Under the pieces are notes generated by a model. It was not told the DNA's origin, did not search any database, and was given only the letters and a program-made list of their open reading frames with translations. Below, one piece after another: positions 27,885-36,011 of a stretch of DNA of 64,000 nucleotides (within the stretch, counting starts at the first letter, position 1; each line of letters starts with the position of its first letter). The translations under genes were made by a program, and so were the position numbers. The stretch covers positions 240,510 to 304,509 of the forward strand of contig DIYH01000028.1 in assembly GCA_002435755.1 (NCBI GenBank), written 5' to 3'. This DNA comes from Flammeovirgaceae bacterium UBA6059 (GTDB taxonomy: Bacteria > Bacteroidota > Bacteroidia > Cytophagales > Cyclobacteriaceae).

Positions 27885-29323
27885 GCCAACAGATACTCAA
27901 TTATGTTGATGGTGAACTCAAGCCTTCCAAAAATGGCACCACCATTGACAATATTGATCCTTCAATTGGTAGAGTCTATAGTACGCTTCCTGCAAGCTCC
28001 ACAGAAGATGTCAACGGAGCAGTATTAGCTGCCAAAAAGGCGCTACCGCAATGGTCTGGCTTGAGCATTGAAAAGCGCTCCAAAATACTTCACCGTATTG
28101 CTGATAACATTGAAGCCCGGCGGGAGGAATTAGCGCTAGCCGAATCAGTGGATAACGGCAAACCAAAACATCTTGCCAATCAAATCGACATTCCGCGAGC
28201 CGCAGCTAACTTTAGATTCTTTGCTTCAGCCATTGTCGGTAACTCTACCGACGCGAATGTTATGGAAGGGCAAGCGGTCAATTATACCAGAAGAAAATCC
28301 ATTGGAGTGGTTGGCTGCATATCTCCATGGAACCTGCCCCTGTACCTGTTTACCTGGAAAATCGCTCCAGCACTGGCCACTGGCAACTGCGTCATTGCAA
28401 AACCATCTGAGCTCACCCCGATGACCGCATTTCTGTTAAGTGACGTGTGCATCGAGAGTGGATTACCTGCTGGAGTACTCAATATACTTCACGGATATGG
28501 CGCAGAAGTTGGTCAGGCCATTGTGGAACATCCTGAGATTAAAGCGATCTCTTTTACCGGAGGTACAAACACTGGAAAAAAGCTGGCTGCTACTGCGGCA
28601 CCCATGTTTAAAAAGCTATCACTTGAGCTAGGAGGTAAGAACCCAAATATCATTTTCGAGGATTGCGATTTTGATGAGATGCTCGAAACCACAGTAAGAT
28701 CTTCTTTCACTAACCAGGGAGAGATATGTCTGTGTGGTTCGAGAATTCTGGTTCAGAATACCTTCTATGATCGTTTCTGCAGTGCTTTTGTTGATAGGGT
28801 AAACAAGTTAGTAGTGGGGGATCCACTTACAGAAGTGTCCATGGGGGCACTTATCTCCTATGATCACCTACAGAAAATAAAGTACTACGTAGCGTTGGCC
28901 AAAGAAGAAGGTGGAACGGTACTAACCGGTGGCCGTGAGGTCCGGATATCAGGGAGATGTGCCGAAGGTTACTTCTATGCTCCCACTGTCATAGCCGGAC
29001 TGGGGAACGGATGTCGCTTCAATCAAGAGGAAATCTTCGGGCCTATAGTCAGCATCATACCCTTTAAATCAGAGGATGAAGCTATAAACATGGCTAACGA
29101 TACGACGTACGGTTTGAGTGCCACTATATGGACGTCAGATGTAAAACGCGCACACAATGTGGCCCATCGACTCGAGGCAGGTGTCATTTGGATCAACTGC
29201 TGGTTGCTCAGAGACCTACGTACACCATTTGGTGGCATGAAAGCCTCAGGTGTAGGAAGAGAAGGCGGAGATGAGGCCTTAAGATTTTTCACAGAGGCTC
29301 AAAACGTATGTATCAAGCTCTGA
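27881..29323 (+). CDS. NAD-dependent aldehyde dehydrogenase, 2-aminomuconate/2-hydroxymuconate-semialdehyde dehydrogenase-like
   Basis: ELGGKNP, QGEICLCGSR (catalytic Cys) and EEIFGPI motifs. The ATG overlaps the SDR stop (ATGA), and the gene lies next to the kynurenine genes. Confidence 0.8.
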   Translation: MSQQILNYVDGELKPSKNGTTIDNIDPSIGRVYSTLPASSTEDVNGAVLAAKKALPQWSGLSIEKRSKILHRIADNIEARREELALAESVDNGKPKHLANQIDIPRAAANFRFFASAIVGNSTDANVMEGQAVNYTRRKSIGVVGCISPWNLPLYLFTWKIAPALATGNCVIAKPSELTPMTAFLLSDVCIESGLPAGVLNILHGYGAEVGQAIVEHPEIKAISFTGGTNTGKKLAATAAPMFKKLSLELGGKNPNIIFEDCDFDEMLETTVRSSFTNQGEICLCGSRILVQNTFYDRFCSAFVDRVNKLVVGDPLTEVSMGALISYDHLQKIKYYVALAKEEGGTVLTGGREVRISGRCAEGYFYAPTVIAGLGNGCRFNQEEIFGPIVSIIPFKSEDEAINMANDTTYGLSATIWTSDVKRAHNVAHRLEAGVIWINCWLLRDLRTPFGGMKASGVGREGGDEALRFFTEAQNVCIKL

Positions 29324-29333
29324 CAATAGTCAT

Positions 29334-29360
29334 AAAAAAAGCCCTCTCTTGAGGGCTTTA
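29334..29360. terminator. bidirectional rho-independent terminator
   Basis: A-run, GCCCTC-TCTT-GAGGGC hairpin, then a T-rich tail. It lies between the convergent ALDH and membrane/zinc-ribbon genes. Confidence 0.6.
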
Positions 29361-29381
29361 AAATTCAAAAATTCTTATCGC

Positions 29382-30113
29382 TTAAGCTTCAGCTCCTTCT
29401 CTAAGTCTCGGAAGTCTTGCCGATTTTCTTTCCTTATGACCGCAGTAGGTACAAGTGAAGTGCTTCATAAGCTCACCTTCCTCTGTAGTAGTTGGTGACT
29501 GGATCACTTCCTCTTGAGTCAGTTTCAATGTCTGGTAGTTACACTCAGAGCATTTCAACGCATGCAGTCTACCATTATACTTCTCGATTTTAGTATAGCC
29601 TGACTCTTCATCAATCCATACATCATAGTCAACGGAGAACGCGTCCTCTTCCGCCTGCATACCTTCATCCAAATACACATCTTCCTCTTCCTCGCTCAAT
29701 AATCTCATCTTTCTACCATCAGGCGAAACACGAGGAGAATATCTCAGTTTCTTCAACCTCTTTTCTATGAAGAATGGATAGTAGAACTTGAGTACATTCT
29801 GCACTACCACACCCACTATTATCGCTAGCATAGAGCTAACAAATATCCTCACGAAGAACCATAACCATCCGGTCTTCTCTACTAAAGTGTTAGTATATAC
29901 AGCTGCTCCGATGATAAGCAAAAGTGCAGCATACCAAAGCAGATTGATCTCACTTGTGTTGATATAGTCATACTTGTCCTTTTGTTCCTTTATAGTCATC
30001 AGTCTGAATAGATGAACAAAGAAAATAAGAACACCAACTCCGGCTATCAGATAAGCGGCTAGCCTCCCATAGGTATTCCAGGCTCCTAGTAATTCTGGTG
30101 AAATGTCAGTCAT
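29382..30113 (-). CDS. hypothetical membrane protein with C-terminal zinc-ribbon
   Basis: Three predicted TM helices, an acidic linker (SEEEEDVYLDEGMQAEED), then CSEC-x37-CTYC. Confidence 0.6.
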   Translation of the reverse strand: MTDISPELLGAWNTYGRLAAYLIAGVGVLIFFVHLFRLMTIKEQKDKYDYINTSEINLLWYAALLLIIGAAVYTNTLVEKTGWLWFFVRIFVSSMLAIIVGVVVQNVLKFYYPFFIEKRLKKLRYSPRVSPDGRKMRLLSEEEEDVYLDEGMQAEEDAFSVDYDVWIDEESGYTKIEKYNGRLHALKCSECNYQTLKLTQEEVIQSPTTTEEGELMKHFTCTYCGHKERKSARLPRLREGAEA

Positions 30114-30527
30114 AGCGATAATAAGTTATATTGTAAACTTTCTTCTATACGTTTCAATTTAGTTGATAATCTTTCGTCAATAGACCAATATAGCCGGTTT
30201 GATCTAAGGGTCTAGTTAAAATAAATTGTAGTAAAAAACAACTTATCAAAACTATCAATCATTAAAAATATAAAAAATGGCGATCAGTTCATACTGGCCT
30301 CATGTCTCATATTTTTACAATTCAAATATATATACCTGCTATAAAAGTTACGTAACCATCAGTATTGTACAATTTTGAAATTGATTGATATAATCAAAGT
30401 AAAAATTAGAATTATACAAATGGCAAAGGGCATGAGCATTTCTTTAATAGTATTAAAATAATGCTAGTTATTATTATTTAATGAATAGGTTGTCGAAATT
30501 CGCATCAATTGCTGAAAGAATAAGAAA

Positions 30528-30535
30528 TAGTTTTG
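30528..30535 (+). promoter_or_regulatory. candidate -7 promoter box (TAGTTTTG) for the lipoprotein gene
   Basis: Exact TAnnTTTG match 55 nt upstream of the ATG at 30590. Confidence 0.35.
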
Positions 30536-30589
30536 ATTTACAATCAACTGAGTAACAATTAGTTATATTCCAATTTGAAATAATCTATA

Positions 30590-31543
30590 ATGAAAAATCG
30601 AATCAACAAACTTTGGAGTCTTATGGCCCTAGTAGGCCTTGGTTTAGTGGCAAGTTGCGGTAGCGAAGATGATGAAACACCAGCGCCTGCTGCTCCAACA
30701 CTAACAGTCAATGCGAGCGGTGGAACCGGCTCGGGTACTGACATCACGGCAGAACCAGGTGATGAAATAACCTTTTCATGGGATGCCTCTACGCCAGGAG
30801 GATTCAATGTACTACGAGTTACAGGCCTCACGCCAGTCTACGAGCAAACGCGTAATGATCTTGGTCTTGATGCAGGAGCAACCAGTGCTTCTGCAAGTTT
30901 CTCAGTCCCTGTTACTGCTGACCTAGTTGGTAGTGTTGTGACTTTGGATTTCTTATTGGTAGATGATGGTAATCTACAAGATGCTGAAACCTGGACCATT
31001 ACAGTAGAGTCTCCGTCGGCCAGGGCTTATACTGCGGTTTTACTCTCAGCACCACTCGGCGATTTGTCTGCAACATCTTTTTTTAGTAGCAGCACTGGAA
31101 TGACCTATTCACCAACCGATGTTACTGGAACCGCAGATCCTATTTCAGCTACAATTGACTTTGGCTACTATTATGGGGTAGATGACAATGCAAGCTTAGC
31201 TTCTCCAGAAGCCTATTCAGTGGTAGGAGATGGCGCTTTTAGTGCTCAGGTTGCGGGATGGACAGTGACTAATTCCATTTCATTCAGGTCTACTAATATC
31301 ACTTCTGAGGAATTCGTAGTAATTTCATCTTGGGCGGATATAGACGGTGCTTTTGATAGTGGTACCGATGAAAATCAAGTAATCTCCGACTTATCTGTTG
31401 ATCAGGTGATAGCCTTTGAAACAGATCCGGGTAAGGATGGAGGAAGCAAACGAGGTGTAATCTGGGTAAAAGCAATAACTCCAGGTGACGGAGTATCTGG
31501 TGAAATTGAAATTGAAGTTGTAGTACAAGAAGACGCCAACTAG
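30590..31543 (+). CDS. hypothetical surface lipoprotein (T/S/G/D-rich)
   Basis: Lipoprotein signal (ALVGLGLVASCGSEDDE) and a beta-rich composition. No recognisable catalytic motif. Confidence 0.6.
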   Translation: MKNRINKLWSLMALVGLGLVASCGSEDDETPAPAAPTLTVNASGGTGSGTDITAEPGDEITFSWDASTPGGFNVLRVTGLTPVYEQTRNDLGLDAGATSASASFSVPVTADLVGSVVTLDFLLVDDGNLQDAETWTITVESPSARAYTAVLLSAPLGDLSATSFFSSSTGMTYSPTDVTGTADPISATIDFGYYYGVDDNASLASPEAYSVVGDGAFSAQVAGWTVTNSISFRSTNITSEEFVVISSWADIDGAFDSGTDENQVISDLSVDQVIAFETDPGKDGGSKRGVIWVKAITPGDGVSGEIEIEVVVQEDAN

Positions 31544-31568
31544 GCGATCTCTATAATGTATTGTATGA

Positions 31569-31596
31569 GGCCATCTCTAACGAGATGGCCTTTTTT
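31569..31596 (+). terminator. rho-independent terminator after the lipoprotein gene
   Basis: GGCCATCTC-TAAC-GAGATGGCC perfect 9-bp stem followed by T6. Confidence 0.75.
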
Positions 31597-31705
31597 GTTT
31601 CCCTTTGGCAAAGGGTCGATTGGTCAAGTACTATCCATTCACAAAAAAACTGTTTTCTCTACAAATACCGCTAACTAGTTTCAACCTTTAGCTAACCAAA
31701 CAATT

Positions 31706-32953
31706 ATGAAACTCTTACAATTAATTACTCTAGTCTTATTGTGTGCTTGTACTGCCAAAGAAACGAGTCAGGAGGTAGCAGAAACTCCTCCAACAGAAGA
31801 GGAGTTACGCGCAAGGTCCAAAGAACTTGCTGACAAGTATATCATCACCGACGGACACGTAGACCTTCCTTACAGAATGAAAGTGGCTGGTTTCATGCTC
31901 AAAAAAGAGATCATGGATGTGTCAGTCGAGACAGATGGCAATTTCGATTATCCTAAATCTAAAAGAGGCGGACTGGATGCTCCATTTATGTCGATATATA
32001 TCCCCTCTTCATACCAGATAACGGGTGGAGCAAAACAACTGGCTGACAGTCTTATCACAATGGTTGAAAAGATCACTGATACCTACCCAGACAAATTTGC
32101 CCTAGCTAAAACCCCGGCTGATGTACAGGCCAATTTTGATAAAGGTCTCGTATCACTGCCAATGGGTATGGAAAATGGTGCACCTGTAGAAGATGACCTG
32201 TCTAATGTAGAATATTTCCATAATCGTGGTATCAGGTACATTACGCTTACACATGGCAAAGACAATCAGATTTGTGATTCTTCGTATGACACCACCAGAA
32301 CCTGGAATGGGTTGAGCCCATTCGGTCAGGAAGTTGTCAAAGAAATGAACCGTGTAGGCATAATGGTAGATATATCTCATGTCTCGGATAGCACCTTCTA
32401 TCAGGTGATGGACTTGACTACAGCACCATGCATCGCCTCACATTCATCTGCCAGGCACTTCACTCCTGGCTTTGAGAGAAATATGTCTGATGACATGATC
32501 AAGCGACTTGCAGAAAACGGTGGGGTGATCCAGATCAACTTCGGATCATCTTTTTTGTCCAAAGAGTCTCAGGACAAACTAAGGGCTGCACGTGAGCACA
32601 TTGTCAACTGGCTAGCTGATAATGAACTTGATCGAAATAATCCTAAAGCCAAGGAGTATATCACCAACTATATGCTGGAAGCCGACCCTTATGCGACCGT
32701 GGCAATAGTTGCTGACCATATCGACCGTGTGGTAGACTTAGCAGGGATTGACCATGTGGGGTTCGGTTCTGACTATGATGGTGTGGGAGACTCACTGCCT
32801 ACTGGCCTAAAGGATGTGTCGGAATACCCTAATCTAATCTTTGAGCTTTTAAAACGTGGATATACAGAAGAGGATATCGAAAAGATATGCTATAAAAATG
32901 TCTTCAGAGTATGGAACAAGGTAGCAGAGATCGCTAGTGGTCAAACGAGCTGA
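31706..32953 (+). CDS. membrane dipeptidase (peptidase family M19)
   Basis: Lipoprotein-like signal and DGHVDLPYR, ITLTHGKDN, VDISHVSD and GFGSDYDG metal-ligand blocks. Confidence 0.9.
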   Translation: MKLLQLITLVLLCACTAKETSQEVAETPPTEEELRARSKELADKYIITDGHVDLPYRMKVAGFMLKKEIMDVSVETDGNFDYPKSKRGGLDAPFMSIYIPSSYQITGGAKQLADSLITMVEKITDTYPDKFALAKTPADVQANFDKGLVSLPMGMENGAPVEDDLSNVEYFHNRGIRYITLTHGKDNQICDSSYDTTRTWNGLSPFGQEVVKEMNRVGIMVDISHVSDSTFYQVMDLTTAPCIASHSSARHFTPGFERNMSDDMIKRLAENGGVIQINFGSSFLSKESQDKLRAAREHIVNWLADNELDRNNPKAKEYITNYMLEADPYATVAIVADHIDRVVDLAGIDHVGFGSDYDGVGDSLPTGLKDVSEYPNLIFELLKRGYTEEDIEKICYKNVFRVWNKVAEIASGQTS

Positions 32954-32956
32954 TCA

Positions 32957-33694
32957 CTAAATCTGCTTTGCAAGATTCTTCTCAAAAGCTTTCTTGAACT
33001 TGTTGAAGTGCCAATCAAAATCAAAGTCCAGGTAATAGAAGTAATCATCAAACAATTGATTCAAAGCCTGGGCTTTTTCTACATTATCTGCATAACCGTC
33101 ACGACCAAACATCTCCTTGAGTATATTGCCATTAACCCCACTGGAAACTACCTTTTTCTTCTTCTTTCCCTCAGGAACTTCATACAGACTGATACCAAAG
33201 TCAGCCTTGAACGTATTCATAGACACATAATGAAACTCGTCATCGTTGGTATGTTCCACGAAGATGAATGGCTCAAATTCCGGTTGAATGTAGATTGAGT
33301 TTTCCGCAAACTCTTCTTTGAACTTGTCAGGGGCAATCACCTCTAATTTATCCTTACCCATAAGCTCCTCAAAGTACTCCAATAGCTCTTCATTGATCAA
33401 ATCGGCCTGAAACTGGGAAATCTCATTCTCATAAATGAACTTCATGTCTCCATGGTTAGATGTGAATGTCACTACCTCCATAGAGCTGATCTTATCTTCG
33501 AAGAATGTTGGTTTATAAGAATAAGGAGATTCATTATAATTCTTGAATTGAACCAAAACCTTCGTCGGCATGAACTTTACAAAATAAATCTTTTCCGAGT
33601 TAGCGATCCTTTCTCCTAATGTTTCAGCCTGGGTATAAAGAAACATCGAAGATAGCATTCCCGATAGGAATAGAGAGTGGAATATCCTTTTCAT
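32957..33694 (-). CDS. hypothetical secreted protein
   Basis: 245-aa ORF with a signal peptide (LSSMFLYTQAE). No family recognised. Confidence 0.55.
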   Translation of the reverse strand: MKRIFHSLFLSGMLSSMFLYTQAETLGERIANSEKIYFVKFMPTKVLVQFKNYNESPYSYKPTFFEDKISSMEVVTFTSNHGDMKFIYENEISQFQADLINEELLEYFEELMGKDKLEVIAPDKFKEEFAENSIYIQPEFEPFIFVEHTNDDEFHYVSMNTFKADFGISLYEVPEGKKKKKVVSSGVNGNILKEMFGRDGYADNVEKAQALNQLFDDYFYYLDFDFDWHFNKFKKAFEKNLAKQI

Positions 33695-33849
33695 AGCTGG
33701 TCAAAATGTAATAGTTCTAAAGAACTACTTATCTAAAATAAAAATTTGCTCAAAAATCTACAAGTAATTACGCAGTAATCTATTGGAGTCAACATGAACC
33801 AATTGTTGCCAAATAGCTATACTTGTGCTCTTACACAATCGGAAATAAT

Positions 33850-34095
33850 ATGTTTGGTTGGTTCAAGAAAAAGGATAAGCCACCAGAAAAAAGAGTACTT
33901 CAGGATCTTGATCATAATGAACTCTCGCCAGGTGATGAGGTAGAGTCTCTTCGATATGAACTTGGTAGGTGTAAAGTAGTCGAGACTGAGGAGGGTATTG
34001 TCTATGAGTCGATCACCTCTAAACAGAGAATCCACTGGACCAAGATGATAGATGCTTCCACCGAACTCCAGAAGGTACGAAAGTGTGAATCCTGA
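33850..34095 (+). CDS. hypothetical small protein
   Basis: ORF track gives 33823-34095. The ATG at 33850 (MFGWFKKKDK...) looks the more plausible start. No family recognised. Confidence 0.35.
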   Translation: MFGWFKKKDKPPEKRVLQDLDHNELSPGDEVESLRYELGRCKVVETEEGIVYESITSKQRIHWTKMIDASTELQKVRKCES

Positions 34096-34251
34096 ATGAA
34101 GCCGTTCACATTTGTGAAAACAAGTGTACGTTTATAGCACATAAGGCCAAGCCGAGTCTCTTATAACTTGCTGATCATCAGTTACTAAAAAAACTTGGCA
34201 TGCGTCTTGTCACCTAATTTGCGGTAGGTCAAAAACTCAAAGTAAAACTCA

Positions 34252-34587
34252 ATGTACACCGCGAATAAATCTCTTAAAAAACAACTGCTGATCATCTTGG
34301 TGGGTGTTGCGGTAGCGGTACTCATCAGCTTCAACATAACTAACGCCACAGGTTCTAACTCCACTGAAAAAATAGCGTCATTGGTGGAGCGCAGCAGTGA
34401 TCAAAACAGCAATGATCTCATTGAATCAGAATTGATCGTGGTATATGATCAATCATACAATGAGGTTTTCAAAATAGAGGTCGACGAATCTTCTAAAAAC
34501 TCCAACGTACATCTTTCAAGATTCCTAAAATTGTGCGATTTTGTAATGAAGAGTAACAATACCTTTATTTATCTATTGAATAAGTAA
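34252..34587 (+). CDS. hypothetical small membrane-anchored protein
   Basis: 111 aa with one N-terminal TM helix (LLIILVGVAVAVLISF). It ends 2 nt before the PspC-domain gene. Confidence 0.45.
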   Translation: MYTANKSLKKQLLIILVGVAVAVLISFNITNATGSNSTEKIASLVERSSDQNSNDLIESELIVVYDQSYNEVFKIEVDESSKNSNVHLSRFLKLCDFVMKSNNTFIYLLNK

Positions 34588-34589
34588 TC

Positions 34590-34781
34590 ATGAGCACAGC
34601 ACGATTAACACGATCCAATGAAAAAGTAATTGCGGGGGTTTGCGCTGGTATTGCTGAGTATTTCGATCTGGATGTGACACTCGTTCGAATAGCCTATATT
34701 TTAGTTTCGATTTTTAGTGCAGCATTTCCTGGGATACTTGTTTATATCATCCTGTGGTTTGTAATGCCTCCTAAATACTAG
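34590..34781 (+). CDS. PspC domain-containing small membrane protein
   Basis: KVIAGVCAGIAEYFDLDVTLVRIAYIL is the PspC-domain signature, followed by a TM helix. Confidence 0.8.
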   Translation: MSTARLTRSNEKVIAGVCAGIAEYFDLDVTLVRIAYILVSIFSAAFPGILVYIILWFVMPPKY

Positions 34782-35941
34782 GATACTTTAGAGGAGGCCA
34801 CAATCCATCTGTCTGGTATTTCTCCTTTCGTGGCTGATGTATAATCTTCATAACTGCACGATACAATCTTATTCCTTGCGTAGAGCCTCTTAGCAGTATG
34901 GACCGGTACTTCCATCCACCACTTCTCCGATTGCGTGCTCTTATAAAAGACGATCTCATTTGGCTCTTGATCGGCTAGTGTCGCTATATACTTTGTATAG
35001 TATTTAGTTGAAAAGTCATGTTGGTCTTTGCGATTGTAATAGCCTTCCATAAAGTACCATAGTGCTACGGCAATGACGAAAGCAGAGGACATATGTTGGT
35101 CGTCAAGACCTGGATCATAGCCGTAAAACCCCATTGAACTTAACTTATCACTGCATCCCGCAAACCATGCTATTTGCGCAGCTTCTTCACCAGTCAACCC
35201 AAAGGGTATCGGCTGATGTGTTGCTTTCATCACCGTCGACTGGATTGCAGATATATCGAAAGTGACCATATCAGCCTCGCGTACCACTGGTTCAACTTCT
35301 TTAGGAGCATCTCTGAGTTTCCCAAGCCTGACAAGGTTGAAGTTGAGCTTTTCGAGCACCTCGAGAGAGTTATAAGGCACTAGGTACGACTGGTAACCAA
35401 GATGTATGTAATCGAACAGGAAGTTCGGTTCATGCATCAGTATTTCATGAATGTGTTTGTCCGTTGGTACAGCTTCTGAGTCATCGCTCATATCAATGCG
35501 AGCATCAACGTTTAGAACACTGACCAGTTTTTCGGTCAACTCATAAGCCTGATACTGAGCGATATCGAAATCATGGGTGCCTCCTATGACAATGGGAAGT
35601 ATGCCCTTTTCGTAGAGAGAGCTCAACAATTCTGATAAGCGCGCCTTGGTCTCATCCAGATCATGGCCATTTCTCAAATTGCCCAAGTCAGCGATGCGAT
35701 ACGAAGGCTTGCCCTTCTTAAGCTCATAGAGTTGCTTTCTAATATGATCGGGAGCATCTTTTACACCATTCTCAGTTGCCATAGCTCTTCCATCCACAAC
35801 TCCAATGATGGCCATATCAATATTGTTGAGATCTGGTACTTTCTCGGCGTTTATGTGGAGCGAATGAAAGAGGCAATTGCGATCATATTTCTGATCTACT
35901 ACCTCAGCTGGGACTCTGTCAAATAGCAGCTTGATATCCAT
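34778..35941 (-). CDS. arginase/formimidoylglutamase-fold protein with substituted metal-ligand positions and C-terminal extension
   Basis: Collinear with ureohydrolase blocks, but they read GGTHD, DARID, FDISAIQ and GFYGYDP. About 100 extra C-terminal residues. Confidence 0.7.
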   Translation of the reverse strand: MDIKLLFDRVPAEVVDQKYDRNCLFHSLHINAEKVPDLNNIDMAIIGVVDGRAMATENGVKDAPDHIRKQLYELKKGKPSYRIADLGNLRNGHDLDETKARLSELLSSLYEKGILPIVIGGTHDFDIAQYQAYELTEKLVSVLNVDARIDMSDDSEAVPTDKHIHEILMHEPNFLFDYIHLGYQSYLVPYNSLEVLEKLNFNLVRLGKLRDAPKEVEPVVREADMVTFDISAIQSTVMKATHQPIPFGLTGEEAAQIAWFAGCSDKLSSMGFYGYDPGLDDQHMSSAFVIAVALWYFMEGYYNRKDQHDFSTKYYTKYIATLADQEPNEIVFYKSTQSEKWWMEVPVHTAKRLYARNKIVSCSYEDYTSATKGEIPDRWIVASSKVS

Positions 35942-35962
35942 GATTCAGTGACTTGAAAGCAT

Positions 35963-35990
35963 AAAAAAAGGGAAATTTCCCAATTTCCCT
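35963..35990 (-). terminator. rho-independent terminator after nqrF
   Basis: AGGGAAAT / ATTTCCCT 8-bp stem with a 6-nt loop. On the minus strand it is followed by a U7 run (A7 at 35963-35969 on plus). Confidence 0.65.
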
Positions 35991-36011
35991 TCCTCATAGA
36001 TTGATTAAATC

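Noticed and set aside
30114-30589. AT-rich spacer as a replication origin (DnaA boxes).
   Set aside because: Only partial 7-of-9 matches to TTATCCACA are visible, there is no cluster of good boxes, and neither dnaA nor dnaN is nearby.
34108-34121. Perfect palindrome TTCACA-TT-TGTGAA, resembling half-sites of CRP/FNR-type operators.
   Set aside because: The half-site orientation and the 2-nt spacing do not match the TGTGA-N6-TCACA architecture. It is a single occurrence directly after a stop codon, so it is more likely a small hairpin or chance.
29382-34781. Possible genomic island or mobile element, given the cluster of family-less genes and AT-rich spacers.
   Set aside because: No integrase, transposase, tRNA attachment site, flanking direct repeats or phage/conjugation genes are visible. 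An ordinary M19 dipeptidase sits in the middle. It is better described as a poorly annotated chromosomal stretch.
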